IMG/VR virus record: IMGVR_UViG_3300038552_000015 | Location: 1 to 28,302 of that record | Source: a virus | Taxonomy: Duplodnaviria; Caudoviricetes | DNA length: 28,302 nt | Reading direction: 5' to 3' (one strand) | In this document: positions 17,244 through 25,458 of the stretch, piece after piece | How positions within the stretch are numbered: the first letter of the stretch is position 1 | How the letters are laid out: each line of letters begins with the position of its first letter | Notes under the pieces: model-generated | What the model was told of the DNA's origin: nothing | The model's input: only the letters and a program-made list of their open reading frames with translations | Database searches by the model: none | Made by a program: the position numbers and the translations under genes

Positions 17244-18513
17244 TTGTGTACTCCTTTAATATGTTATAATCAACGTACAACATTTTTCTATCAAGAGGTT
17301 TTTGCTTAGGCAAAAATCCCTTTCCTGCCACTGCTTGAATCTTATCAGCTTGTTGAAGATTTGCTAGAAGTTCTCCTAAGTCTTTCATCTTTTCAAGATC
17401 ACTACTAACTACTTTCCATAAATCTATGAGCGTAAGCGGGCGTCTAGCCTCATAGAGTTTCTGCATAATTTTGTTAGCAGCTTCAGCATTCCTACTTTTT
17501 CCAAATTCTCCAAGAGCCTTTGGCATATCGGCTTCTGTGAAAGAAAGCAAACTGGAAGCCAAGAGTACATCTGACATTTCAATCTTAGTGCTGACACGCG
17601 ATGCAGCACAAATAAGCGTGAGTTTAAGAAGATGTGTAAATCTTCGTGTACTGTAATGCTTGAATCTTTGATCGTCAATTTCATGCCACGTTCGATAGAT
17701 AATATCCAAACCGTTTTTTGCGTCTGGCGCAATTGATGCTGCGCCGACAACCTTTTGCTTGATATCCGTAAAAGTCCTGATAAGGTTTTGTTTCGTGGAC
17801 GCAGACGGGGTTTCAGGAAACGAGATCTTTTTGCCGCTCGGTTCCGCATAAACAAGAATAATTCGTGATAGAAATCCTTGACCAATGGCTTGGGGAGGAA
17901 ACATATCTTGAAATCCGGCATGAGTGTTTCCTGCTAATAGAGAAATCGTTGGCTGGTATATGTGAACTTGCTTAGAGTTCTTGAGGCGATGTTTCCATCT
18001 ACGCTTGTCATTGTTCCAGTCCCAGAGGTCACCAAGAATAGCAATGAAATCTATATCGCCTCGTGGCATGAATGTGTTAAATTCTGGAGCACAAATAAAT
18101 ACTTCTCTAGGTTCTAAGCCAGTACAATCTTCTTCATCCTCGTTGAAGAGATTTTTAAATACAATGTTCGTGCTGTTGCGTTTAGCGGAGCGGTCGGCAT
18201 CAGATTCATCAGGAGTTGCACCTTCTAAATCTATTAGAAACTTTTCTAGTCTTGTTTTATTGGCACTGAAATGAGCATAGCCGCTAGCTTCTAAAATTTC
18301 AGTTGCAAGATTAATTGATGTATTCTTTCTAGTGCCGGGATTCCCTATTAACATCACATAGATGTTAGGGAAAATTTTCCATGGCCCAAAGGGGAGAAAG
18401 AATTGGCGGCCCAGCGCAGCTCCAACGCACGCAGCTAAACTCCACCGATGGTAAATCAGTGGAGGTTCAGTTTTTTCAACGTACTGGAAGTACGTATCGA
18501 AAAGGAGCGCCAC
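17224..18513 (-). CDS. DUF3987/YfjI-like AAA+ ATPase, probable replicative helicase
   Basis: 'TEPPLIYHRWS', 'FPNIYVMLIGNPGTRKNTS' (Walker A), 'FICAPEF' (Walker B-like), 'LGDLWD', 'GQGFLSRIILVY' and a winged-helix-like C-terminus. Adjacent to the polymerase. Confidence 0.75.
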   Translation of the reverse strand: MALLFDTYFQYVEKTEPPLIYHRWSLAACVGAALGRQFFLPFGPWKIFPNIYVMLIGNPGTRKNTSINLATEILEASGYAHFSANKTRLEKFLIDLEGATPDESDADRSAKRNSTNIVFKNLFNEDEEDCTGLEPREVFICAPEFNTFMPRGDIDFIAILGDLWDWNNDKRRWKHRLKNSKQVHIYQPTISLLAGNTHAGFQDMFPPQAIGQGFLSRIILVYAEPSGKKISFPETPSASTKQNLIRTFTDIKQKVVGAASIAPDAKNGLDIIYRTWHEIDDQRFKHYSTRRFTHLLKLTLICAASRVSTKIEMSDVLLASSLLSFTEADMPKALGEFGKSRNAEAANKIMQKLYEARRPLTLIDLWKVVSSDLEKMKDLGELLANLQQADKIQAVAGKGFLPKQKPLDRKMLYVDYNILKEYTSGITGR

Positions 18514-18519
18514 AAGAAT

Positions 18520-20775
18520 CTACTTCAGCTCGCTCCACCTTTCTTTTCCGTAGCTCATTCCCACCGGAATTCGCATTGTCCGTACTTTACCATCTGCCCC
18601 ACGTACTTCAGTACTGTTTTCCATGAGTCGGGATACTTCAGCAGGCACCCAATCAGCTTCTTGTTTGTATTGGAAAGGGATAGAATCATGAATTTGCGCC
18701 TTGATCCTGAAGACTCCACGGAGCTTACCGTATATCTGTTCCCACCAAAGTTTATAGAACTTCCGATTAATGATCGCCACGGATAGATTTTGCGAGCCAT
18801 GCGCAACGGCGGCATTAAAGTAATGACGGTTATTTTTGACATCGCCAAAGAAGTGTCTTGTCCAACCAAGAGCAGATACCAACTTTTTCGTGAGTTCAAT
18901 TTCCTTGCGGATCGCGTCATACCATTGTCCTTGAACCTTTGGATATGTTTTGCTCCATTGATTTAGACAGTATTGGCATACGTCTTTGAGACTCATGGAG
19001 CTAGGAAGATGTAGGATCATTTTCATTCTAGCTGCTACCTTGGGGCCAACAGTATCTAGCATGACCCCACCTGTCATATTGTAGTTAGCTCCGTGGTTGG
19101 TGCGTTTAGCAGGCTCGTCTCTGATTTGCTTGGCTTCTGGAGTTTTACATTTTTTAAGTTTTTCGTCCCAGAGATCCTCATACTTAAACCCGAAGAAGAG
19201 TTGAGCATTCCAGCAATGGAAATCTTTGCCACTCTCAACAACTGCGATTCCTTTCTCTTCTCCAGCAAGATAGAAAGTACACCGGCTTTCACTCTGCTCA
19301 AAATCAGGTTCACCCAGTTTCCATCCTTCGTCCGCAACCAGATATTGCTTGATTCGTGGCCCGCGAGGGATATTTTGAATCTGATAGCCTGTCCAAAAAG
19401 ACGATTCACTGGATGCAAGGCGTCCTGTATCGGTTCCAGCAGGATTAAGTCTATAGTGTAGGCGCCAGTTATTCTCACTGTGCTGCCAGATTTTAGATTC
19501 GTCACAATAGTTACTAACAAGTTTGCGCGCCTTTTTATATTCACGGATATCTCCAATGATTCTAGCATTAAGAGGATGGCGATATTCCGCCTTTTTCATC
19601 TGAGGTTCACCAGTCCCCTTCAAATCGCCACAACCAAGGATGATGAACACTTTGGTATTTTGTTGCCAACTACCGGGATTGTAGTTTGGCGCCTTCAACA
19701 TTTTCCGCAGGCTCGCAAGGCGCTTGTCTGCTTCTGCTGTCTGTGTTGCCTTTACAGTTTTGAATGTATCTGGAGCTACTCTCCAACCTTCCAATTCACA
19801 GTGAAGAGCTGGATAGACTAACGGAAATTCATGCTCTGTGTAATTTCTTAGTGCCCACTCTGGAAGCTCAGCCAAAAGACTAAGACAAGAATTGAGAGTA
19901 GCCCAACCATCCATGCCATTGTAACGGAAATAGTTTTCAAGATTTCCGCTCTTTCCATCGTCTTTCCAGAATCTGACGTTCCTGAGAGTAAAAGCTGTAA
20001 CAAAATCCAAACGCTTTGGCAACTCAGAATAGTAAGAATGGAAAAGATGAAGAGTATCGTAGAGCCAATTGCGAACAGGGATGTTGTAACGAAGAAGGTA
20101 TGCATTGTCATAAGTACCACCTTGGAAAACTTTAGGGGCTGGAAGATCTGCAAACTCACGGATTACGGCAAGGTTATATACGGAATCAAAGGGGATGACA
20201 ACTGTTTGAGTTTGATGTGCGTCTCTTTGCCATCCTGTGAATGAAATACAAGATATACGCTTAAGAGGGTCATTCCTGAAAGTTTCGATATCAATTGCGA
20301 TGAGTCTAGAGTTACGCAGCCATTCCCGCCAAAATGGTAAATCTCTTGGATCGAATACCTTCCAATTAAAGTTGGTGGCTGGAAACCAATCTGTTGGTTT
20401 TGTAAGTTTAGTAATAAATCGAGAAAAGATAAATGCGCCATAGGGAACACTCATTATATGTTCAGGAGGATTAAGGACGACTGCTGGAAGTGAACGAACA
20501 GAAATAAAACTTCCCTGATAGTCGTCCAAGGAAAGCTGCTTGTTTTCTATGGGCTTCTGGAAATCTGGCAGAGCATTGAGGGCGCGATCCAGCAGTTGTT
20601 GGTTTGCGATTAGAATTCCTTCAATGCCTGCGGTCTTACACTTCAGTTCAAGTTCACTGAGAGTGCTAGGAGTTCCTGTAGTTACAGAAACTTTGTGCCC
20701 ATGAAATACGGCAAGACGAGAAAATCTTGCTAAATGCGCTTGCTGGTCAGGCGTCGTCGCTAAAAGGAGATGCAC
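18520..20775 (-). CDS. polA: Family A DNA polymerase with 3'-5' exonuclease and a degenerate UDG-like N-terminal domain
   Basis: ExoI 'IAIDIET', 'YDNAYL', 'YDTLHL', ExoIII 'YNGMDG', 'GTDTGRLASS', 'QIQNIP', motif A 'DFEQSESR', motif B 'AKRTNHGANY', motif C 'QIHDS'. The start is probably the GTG at 20775 (AAGGA upstream); the ORF extends to 20817. Confidence 0.93.
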   Translation of the reverse strand: MHLLLATTPDQQAHLARFSRLAVFHGHKVSVTTGTPSTLSELELKCKTAGIEGILIANQQLLDRALNALPDFQKPIENKQLSLDDYQGSFISVRSLPAVVLNPPEHIMSVPYGAFIFSRFITKLTKPTDWFPATNFNWKVFDPRDLPFWREWLRNSRLIAIDIETFRNDPLKRISCISFTGWQRDAHQTQTVVIPFDSVYNLAVIREFADLPAPKVFQGGTYDNAYLLRYNIPVRNWLYDTLHLFHSYYSELPKRLDFVTAFTLRNVRFWKDDGKSGNLENYFRYNGMDGWATLNSCLSLLAELPEWALRNYTEHEFPLVYPALHCELEGWRVAPDTFKTVKATQTAEADKRLASLRKMLKAPNYNPGSWQQNTKVFIILGCGDLKGTGEPQMKKAEYRHPLNARIIGDIREYKKARKLVSNYCDESKIWQHSENNWRLHYRLNPAGTDTGRLASSESSFWTGYQIQNIPRGPRIKQYLVADEGWKLGEPDFEQSESRCTFYLAGEEKGIAVVESGKDFHCWNAQLFFGFKYEDLWDEKLKKCKTPEAKQIRDEPAKRTNHGANYNMTGGVMLDTVGPKVAARMKMILHLPSSMSLKDVCQYCLNQWSKTYPKVQGQWYDAIRKEIELTKKLVSALGWTRHFFGDVKNNRHYFNAAVAHGSQNLSVAIINRKFYKLWWEQIYGKLRGVFRIKAQIHDSIPFQYKQEADWVPAEVSRLMENSTEVRGADGKVRTMRIPVGMSYGKERWSELK

Positions 20776-21001
20776 GAAACCATCCTTCGTCGTAAGCATC
20801 TGCCCAGTTATTTCCAAGAGCAGGTGTTACTTTATAGGATACGCCGGTTTGACTAATACGATCTGTCAAGACTTTGGTAATAGTATGTTGTGTCCAATGC
20901 CCTGAAAAGTTTGTCCAGACCTCATCACCAATCTTCCAACGCGGGTTACTTACGAAAGGTAGGTTTACCTGTGAGTTCGCGCTGCTCACCATCTGTGTCA
21001 T
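20747..21001 (-). CDS. Small hypothetical protein (SH3-like beta-barrel)
   Basis: 'WKIGDEVW...HTITKV...VSYKV' pattern; GAGG upstream of the ATG. Confidence 0.55.
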   Translation of the reverse strand: MTQMVSSANSQVNLPFVSNPRWKIGDEVWTNFSGHWTQHTITKVLTDRISQTGVSYKVTPALGNNWADAYDEGWFRASPFSDDA

Positions 21002-21143
21002 TGGTAAGTTCCTCTCTATCTTTGAGATCTTCTAGATCTAGATCTTCCAGTTTTCTTTTGCGCTTTGCTTCGCGTTCCTTTCGCAGTCTTTTTTCTATCT
21101 CTGGATTGTTTCTCAATTCGTACTTGTCGTTGTCTGAGGGCAT
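20946..21143 (-). CDS. Small highly charged hypothetical protein
   Basis: ATG at 21143 preceded by GGAAGGA. 65 aa (MPSDNDKYELRNNPEIEKRLRKE...). Overlaps both neighbours. Confidence 0.5.
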   Translation of the reverse strand: MPSDNDKYELRNNPEIEKRLRKEREAKRKRKLEDLDLEDLKDREELTNDTDGEQRELTGKPTFRK

Positions 21144-21387
21144 GGATTTCCTTCCTGAAAAGATTTGCCATAGCTTTACGCAGAGCAAGTTGTCGTTGCG
21201 CTGCCCATCTAAGATCTTCCTCAACACTCCGGAGAATAAGAGTTGGAAGATCGTCTATTTTCGTATTTGTCAGGATTTTAATCCCCGGAATTTTTACAGC
21301 AGTGGACATAGATTCTGTAACTTTTCCGGGCAAAGAATCTAAACTCTGCATGAAGATATCTACTGCCTTCGTTTCTTTCGAGGCCAT
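21016..21387 (-). CDS. Hypothetical protein with basic C-terminus
   Basis: 123-aa ORF filling the gap in the operon. Its 3' third overlaps the 20946-21143 ORF. Confidence 0.5.
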   Translation of the reverse strand: MASKETKAVDIFMQSLDSLPGKVTESMSTAVKIPGIKILTNTKIDDLPTLILRSVEEDLRWAAQRQLALRKAMANLFRKEIHALRQRQVRIEKQSRDRKKTAKGTRSKAQKKTGRSRSRRSQR

Positions 21388-21695
21388 AGATTTATCTCAT
21401 GTCTATCCGCAAATTCTTGAAACGCGGGGCACTCTGTGGCTCGCTCCGCTCCGCTAACAATCTCGCATTCACCACTTCCCCGTAAGCTGCACTTAGCGCA
21501 TTCTCTAGATCCTCGTAAGTAAAGCCGTTCGACCCAGAGCAAATAAGAACATTTACCGCCACCGAATCTATGGGGGAATTTATATGCATCGCAGTTACAT
21601 ACGGTTTCTTTTGCACGTTGTTTTCTCCGCCATGCTGGAATAGGCTTCCTGCGCCCCGGAACTTTTGGTGCCACGGCGCAGGAAGTTTTCAGCAC
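21360..21695 (-). CDS. Cys-rich putative metal-binding protein
   Basis: 'CNCDAYKFPHRFGGGKC', 'CAKC...GEC...ECP'. The exact start is uncertain. Confidence 0.65.
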   Translation of the reverse strand: MLKTSCAVAPKVPGRRKPIPAWRRKQRAKETVCNCDAYKFPHRFGGGKCSYLLWVERLYLRGSRECAKCSLRGSGECEIVSGAERATECPAFQEFADRHEINLWPRKKRRQ

Positions 21696-21700
21696 ACTAC

Positions 21701-22162
21701 TTACAGAGGCGTGATATCTTTCAGATTCGGATACTTGCGCTGCTCATCGGCAGGCTTGTCCTTATCTTCCTTATGCACGCGATGTTTCAGAACAGCAGCA
21801 ACCTTAACATTCTGGCACTGCTGAATCGCTTCTCCCACCGTTTTGTAACCAAGGGCTTTAGAAATCGGGAGAATGAATTCTTTGAAAGAGGCTTGCCCCC
21901 ACTCGTTTTCCATCATAAACAGGGCGCTGAACTTACTCCCTGCTTCGACAGGAGCTTGGGTAGAATCTGCCAATTCCAGAGTCTCGTCAACAACGAGAGT
22001 AGCTTCAATGCATTTCTTCTCGTTGACAACTTTTTGCGCCAGTGATACGCTGAATTTGTAGTGGCCTTGTGGAGGCAACTCAAATTTCGGCATATCCGAA
22101 AGATCGTCAATGCTGGCGTCCATCAGATCGTCAATAGGAACTACTTTCATTTCATCGGACAT
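21701..22162 (-). CDS. Putative single-stranded DNA-binding protein (DUF669-like OB fold)
   Basis: 'FELPPQGHYKFSV' N-terminal pattern, 153 aa, downstream of an AAA_24 ATPase and nuclease (the usual nuclease-Sak4-SSB order). TAAGGT RBS. Confidence 0.6.
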   Translation of the reverse strand: MSDEMKVVPIDDLMDASIDDLSDMPKFELPPQGHYKFSVSLAQKVVNEKKCIEATLVVDETLELADSTQAPVEAGSKFSALFMMENEWGQASFKEFILPISKALGYKTVGEAIQQCQNVKVAAVLKHRVHKEDKDKPADEQRKYPNLKDITPL

Positions 22163-22181
22163 GATGTTTATTTACCTTAGA

Positions 22182-22215
22182 GTTTCGTTTCGTTTAGATT
22201 CGTTTAGTATCGTTT
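22182..22215 (-). repeat. Short tandem AAACGA repeats upstream of the SSB-like gene
   Basis: TCGTTT on the + strand at 22185, 22190, 22200 and 22210. Confidence 0.75.
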
Positions 22216-22613
22216 GCGTAACTGGCGTTGGGTAGCCAACCAATAGTGGCTTTTTCTTCCTCCATTGCGTAGAACAACATTAGATATGCAATCAGATCTA
22301 CAATTCTTCCAGTCATAGGTTCTGCTCTATGCCTGTTAGTTTTGGTACTAATATCATTGATGTACTGCATGAGAGAATCCCAATGCTTTCCTGCGTACAC
22401 TGCCCAAACTGTTTCAGCAGGAATACCAAGAGCGAGAGCATTACGGCGGAAATTCGCAAGACGATCGTTGTCTCCTGCATATTCTCCACCTTTGACAGCA
22501 AGAGTAGATTCTACTGTCATAAAAACTCTTTTTACAAGTCCGTCAAATGCTTCGTTAGGACATACGCGCTTTAGATCCAGCGGGCGCAAAGAATCAAGAA
22601 CTGGTGTACCCAT
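22194..22613 (-). CDS. Nmad1/DUF1599-like all-alpha protein (nucleotide-modification-associated / NTP-PPase-like)
   Basis: 'LAVKGGEYAGDNDRLANF', 'VWAVYAGKHWDSL' and 'EPMTGRIVDLIAYLML' follow the K..DY...NF...K......E...D...Y pattern. Confidence 0.65.
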   Translation of the reverse strand: MGTPVLDSLRPLDLKRVCPNEAFDGLVKRVFMTVESTLAVKGGEYAGDNDRLANFRRNALALGIPAETVWAVYAGKHWDSLMQYINDISTKTNRHRAEPMTGRIVDLIAYLMLFYAMEEEKATIGWLPNASYANDTKRI

Positions 22614-23530
22614 TATTTGGTTTCCTTAATCTGTGGTTTGAACATTGCTACTAGTGCATCCCCCGGCGTCAGTGTATTTCCTTTTTCATCTTTCATATCT
22701 TCAATGTTAAAAGGAAGTCTGCTGCCAGTTTGGATGGTAGGATGATAGAGTGTGGAAGAAAATGCACGATGCTTGCGATTCACGATATCTACATGAATCA
22801 GCATATCGAAATATTTACCGAAATTGCGGCTAAAGTTTCTACTCCCCGCCGCAGGAAAGATCATTTCTACATTATCGCTAGGCTGATTCTCTCCTTTTCC
22901 CGGCATATGTCCTGTATCTTTTGTGCGCTCAGTCATTACTTCGTGAGAGATAACAGCACAATTGAAGTTGCCAGCTTGAATAGTGGAAAAGATACGATCA
23001 AGCATAAAAGACACAGCCATTGGATATTTGAAATCTTTGCCTCCAGTATCTTTATCCAGTATGAATTTTTCTGGAGTGTCGGCAGTGCCGAAGATGAATT
23101 TGAGAACTGCGGCATTTGCGTCTGCGCTTAGCTGGGTGATTGAATCAATCACGAGCCAATCGTTACTAGTAAAATTGCGCAGACAAATATTAGTATGATA
23201 TGCAGTAGGATCTTTGCCGCAAACTGGACAACTGACCTTGCCATGTGTCCAACAAATTTTGCAGTCATCGCCTTTGATAACTTTCAGTAGAGTTTCTATC
23301 CCCATAGGGACAGCTTGAAGCGATGGAATTCTGATTACTTCAATGTTCTTCCAGTACTCTTTAGGGAGGATAGATTCATTGAGAGCAGTTTTAATTCCAT
23401 CTTCAAGATCAAACCACCAGAGTTTGCCGATGCGCGCAAGTTGCGCAACCAAAGCTGTTTTCCCTACCTTGGCGCGCCCGAATACACAAATCTTGTGGGA
23501 CTTTTTCTGTTCATAGTCTGTGAGAAGCAC
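22613..23530 (-). CDS. AAA_24/Sak4-like P-loop ATPase with Cys-rich insertion
   Basis: Walker A 'VFGRAKVGKT', 'WFDLEDG', Walker B 'LVIDSITQL', 'VISHE' and 'YFD'. AAGGAG RBS before the GTG. Confidence 0.85.
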   Translation of the reverse strand: MLLTDYEQKKSHKICVFGRAKVGKTALVAQLARIGKLWWFDLEDGIKTALNESILPKEYWKNIEVIRIPSLQAVPMGIETLLKVIKGDDCKICWTHGKVSCPVCGKDPTAYHTNICLRNFTSNDWLVIDSITQLSADANAAVLKFIFGTADTPEKFILDKDTGGKDFKYPMAVSFMLDRIFSTIQAGNFNCAVISHEVMTERTKDTGHMPGKGENQPSDNVEMIFPAAGSRNFSRNFGKYFDMLIHVDIVNRKHRAFSSTLYHPTIQTGSRLPFNIEDMKDEKGNTLTPGDALVAMFKPQIKETK

Positions 23531-23705
23531 TCTTTCTCCTTAAATTTTTGAAAGTACCTTTTTCTACTGTCTCGTTAGAGCGAATAGTTTCTGTGCATTT
23601 CCAGCATGGCACAGATTGATTTTCTGCGGGGCCAATACATTCTAAAATGTGTGTACCTTTAATGAGTATTGGTGGATTATATTTTTGTTCACACATCTTA
23701 CACAT
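23511..23705 (-). CDS. Small zinc-ribbon-like protein
   Basis: CKMC...CWKC pairs. ATG at 23705 with GGAG upstream, though the start may lie further upstream. Confidence 0.5.
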   Translation of the reverse strand: MCKMCEQKYNPPILIKGTHILECIGPAENQSVPCWKCTETIRSNETVEKGTFKNLRRKSASHRL

Positions 23706-23754
23706 AAAGAATAAAGCTCCGGTTTTCTTTGTGTTTTTTTCTACGAAGCGATAC

Positions 23755-24825
23755 TCAAATACTCTTGGAGATCTCTGGTTCACGCAGCACCGCTGTTGCA
23801 AGTTCAGAAAGTTTGAAAGTAAAGTCCATTGCTTCTGGCATTGGATCTTTTGTGGAATCGAATACACGGAAATCTGTACGTTGCATAGATTTCATGTCGC
23901 ACAAACCATAGTGCGGACAGCGAGAACTAAATGACCAGCAAGCAGACCCGTTTTTTGGGAAAAAAGAAATCTTTCTGAATGTTCCAATATTCGCGTGGTT
24001 AAGTAGCCGCGCTTGGAGCCATTCAAGTCTTTGTGTACGATTTTTAATGAAAGGCATAGCTTGCCATTCACGGTTAGTACTAGAGTATACAAAGTAAACT
24101 ACATTATAGTTCTGTGCAATCTCTGTAGACTCTGCGATACGATCTACAACTAAGGAATATCCAAGAGCTTGTTCAGAATTACCGTACTGTGCTTCGTCAA
24201 TACTACGGATGGCAGTAGTCTTAATCTCTACCACCATGAGCTTGTGTGTAACTCTGTGGCGCAGGACTACATCAATGTGCCCAGCATGGAAATAGCCATT
24301 CTCAAAATCAATCCAGAATGTTAACTCGGTTGCTGGTTTACCATTGAGTAGTGCAATTTCCCACTCATCTTCGTAAGTAGCTTTCCAAAATTGAATGAAC
24401 TTCTCCACTGCTAAAGTTGCGAGCGGAGAACTTTTACCTTTCTTTGGAAATTCTGCGTCTAGATCTATGTTCCACGCAAGCATTGAGGCGAGCTGTGCTT
24501 GTGTGGGGGAGTTAGTAGCTAGGTATGCTTGGACTCCTGCGCCCACGGCATGACCAAACACGAAATCTATATTGAAGATTCCTTCAGATGTTTGGTGCGC
24601 AGGAGATTTGGAGATCTGAAACTTCCGAGCACAGTCTTGAAGAACTTCAATCTGACTGTGTGAAGTTACGTTGATGTAGATATAAGCATCACGATAGTTT
24701 TTCTTTGATGTTTTGTGAGCTTGGATAGCCGCAAAGCTAGGAGCGGAACCAATAGTCCCTATCTCCGCTTCGGGAGCAGACGAATCTAGTGATAGCGACA
24801 GAAAGTCGTCAGCATTTAGAGCCAT
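23755..24825 (-). CDS. PD-(D/E)XK exonuclease, Cas4/RecB-like with probable Fe-S cluster
   Basis: 'SHSQI...DCARK', 'FGHAVG', 'ATE', 'GHIDVV', 'VVEIKTT', 'QALGY' and C-terminal 'CWSFSSRCPHYGLC' (one N-terminal plus three C-terminal Cys). Confidence 0.85.
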   Translation of the reverse strand: MALNADDFLSLSLDSSAPEAEIGTIGSAPSFAAIQAHKTSKKNYRDAYIYINVTSHSQIEVLQDCARKFQISKSPAHQTSEGIFNIDFVFGHAVGAGVQAYLATNSPTQAQLASMLAWNIDLDAEFPKKGKSSPLATLAVEKFIQFWKATYEDEWEIALLNGKPATELTFWIDFENGYFHAGHIDVVLRHRVTHKLMVVEIKTTAIRSIDEAQYGNSEQALGYSLVVDRIAESTEIAQNYNVVYFVYSSTNREWQAMPFIKNRTQRLEWLQARLLNHANIGTFRKISFFPKNGSACWSFSSRCPHYGLCDMKSMQRTDFRVFDSTKDPMPEAMDFTFKLSELATAVLREPEISKSI

Positions 24826-24827
24826 AA

Positions 24828-25181
24828 CTACAGATCATCAGCAGTAATATTTTTGAGAGATTGTTTTTGTTGTTTTTTAGTTGCTTGAGATTCTTCGTAG
24901 AGGGAGAGAGGATCTACGTATTCTTCGTACCAATATCCCACAATACAGCAAGCAGTTGCATCTTCTTTTTTTTCGTAAATATCTTGTCGTTCTCGCAAAA
25001 GGTTACAAGATTCAAATTTGCGAATATAAACAGGAATACCAGAAACTGGATCATAACCTTTATGTAGTATATTTTTTGGATGGTTACACCGCCAATCCTT
25101 GGCGTTTTCAAGGTTTCGTCTTACCCCTACAAGATATTTACAATCACAACAAAACGGCCCATCCTCAGAGGTCGTCAGCAC
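24828..25181 (-). CDS. Cys-rich hypothetical protein
   Basis: 'FCCDCKY...WRCNHP...DPVSG...CNLLR...C...GYWYE'. GGAGG RBS before the GTG. Ends in ITADDL. Confidence 0.75.
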   Translation of the reverse strand: MLTTSEDGPFCCDCKYLVGVRRNLENAKDWRCNHPKNILHKGYDPVSGIPVYIRKFESCNLLRERQDIYEKKEDATACCIVGYWYEEYVDPLSLYEESQATKKQQKQSLKNITADDL

Positions 25182-25458
25182 TTACGCCTCCCTTGATTTT
25201 GGAATTAGATCCTTTTGCTTTCGTAGTTTCAGCAGCAAGGATTATTCCAATCTTCTTCTGCTGACCTTCCAAGATCACAGCAATTTGATCTTCAGTCAAC
25301 AGATGCGCTAGCTCTTCGTATTGGATTAAGTGCTTATGAATCTCCTTAAGATGCGTAGGCATCAAAGGATCAGCAGATAGAAGAGCTTTCTCTAGGGCTT
25401 CCAGCTTGGGGAGAAGTGCTAGAAGCTGTGGATTCTTTTGAGGATCAAGCTCTGACAC
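25165..25458 (-). CDS. Hypothetical helical protein
   Basis: 97 aa with a TAAGGTG RBS. Ends in VSADDL. Confidence 0.75.
   Translation of the reverse strand: MSELDPQKNPQLLALLPKLEALEKALLSADPLMPTHLKEIHKHLIQYEELAHLLTEDQIAVILEGQQKKIGIILAAETTKAKGSNSKIKGGVSADDL

Noticed and set aside
16650-20775. Z-base (2-aminoadenine) system suggested by PolA plus a MazG-like gene
   Set aside because: No PurZ or HD-domain DatZ in the window, and the MazG-like motifs fit the common DR2231-like type.
23755-24825. Cas4-like gene as evidence of a CRISPR-Cas system
   Set aside because: No array or other cas genes. Solo Cas4-like nucleases next to Sak4/SSB are normal in phage recombination modules.
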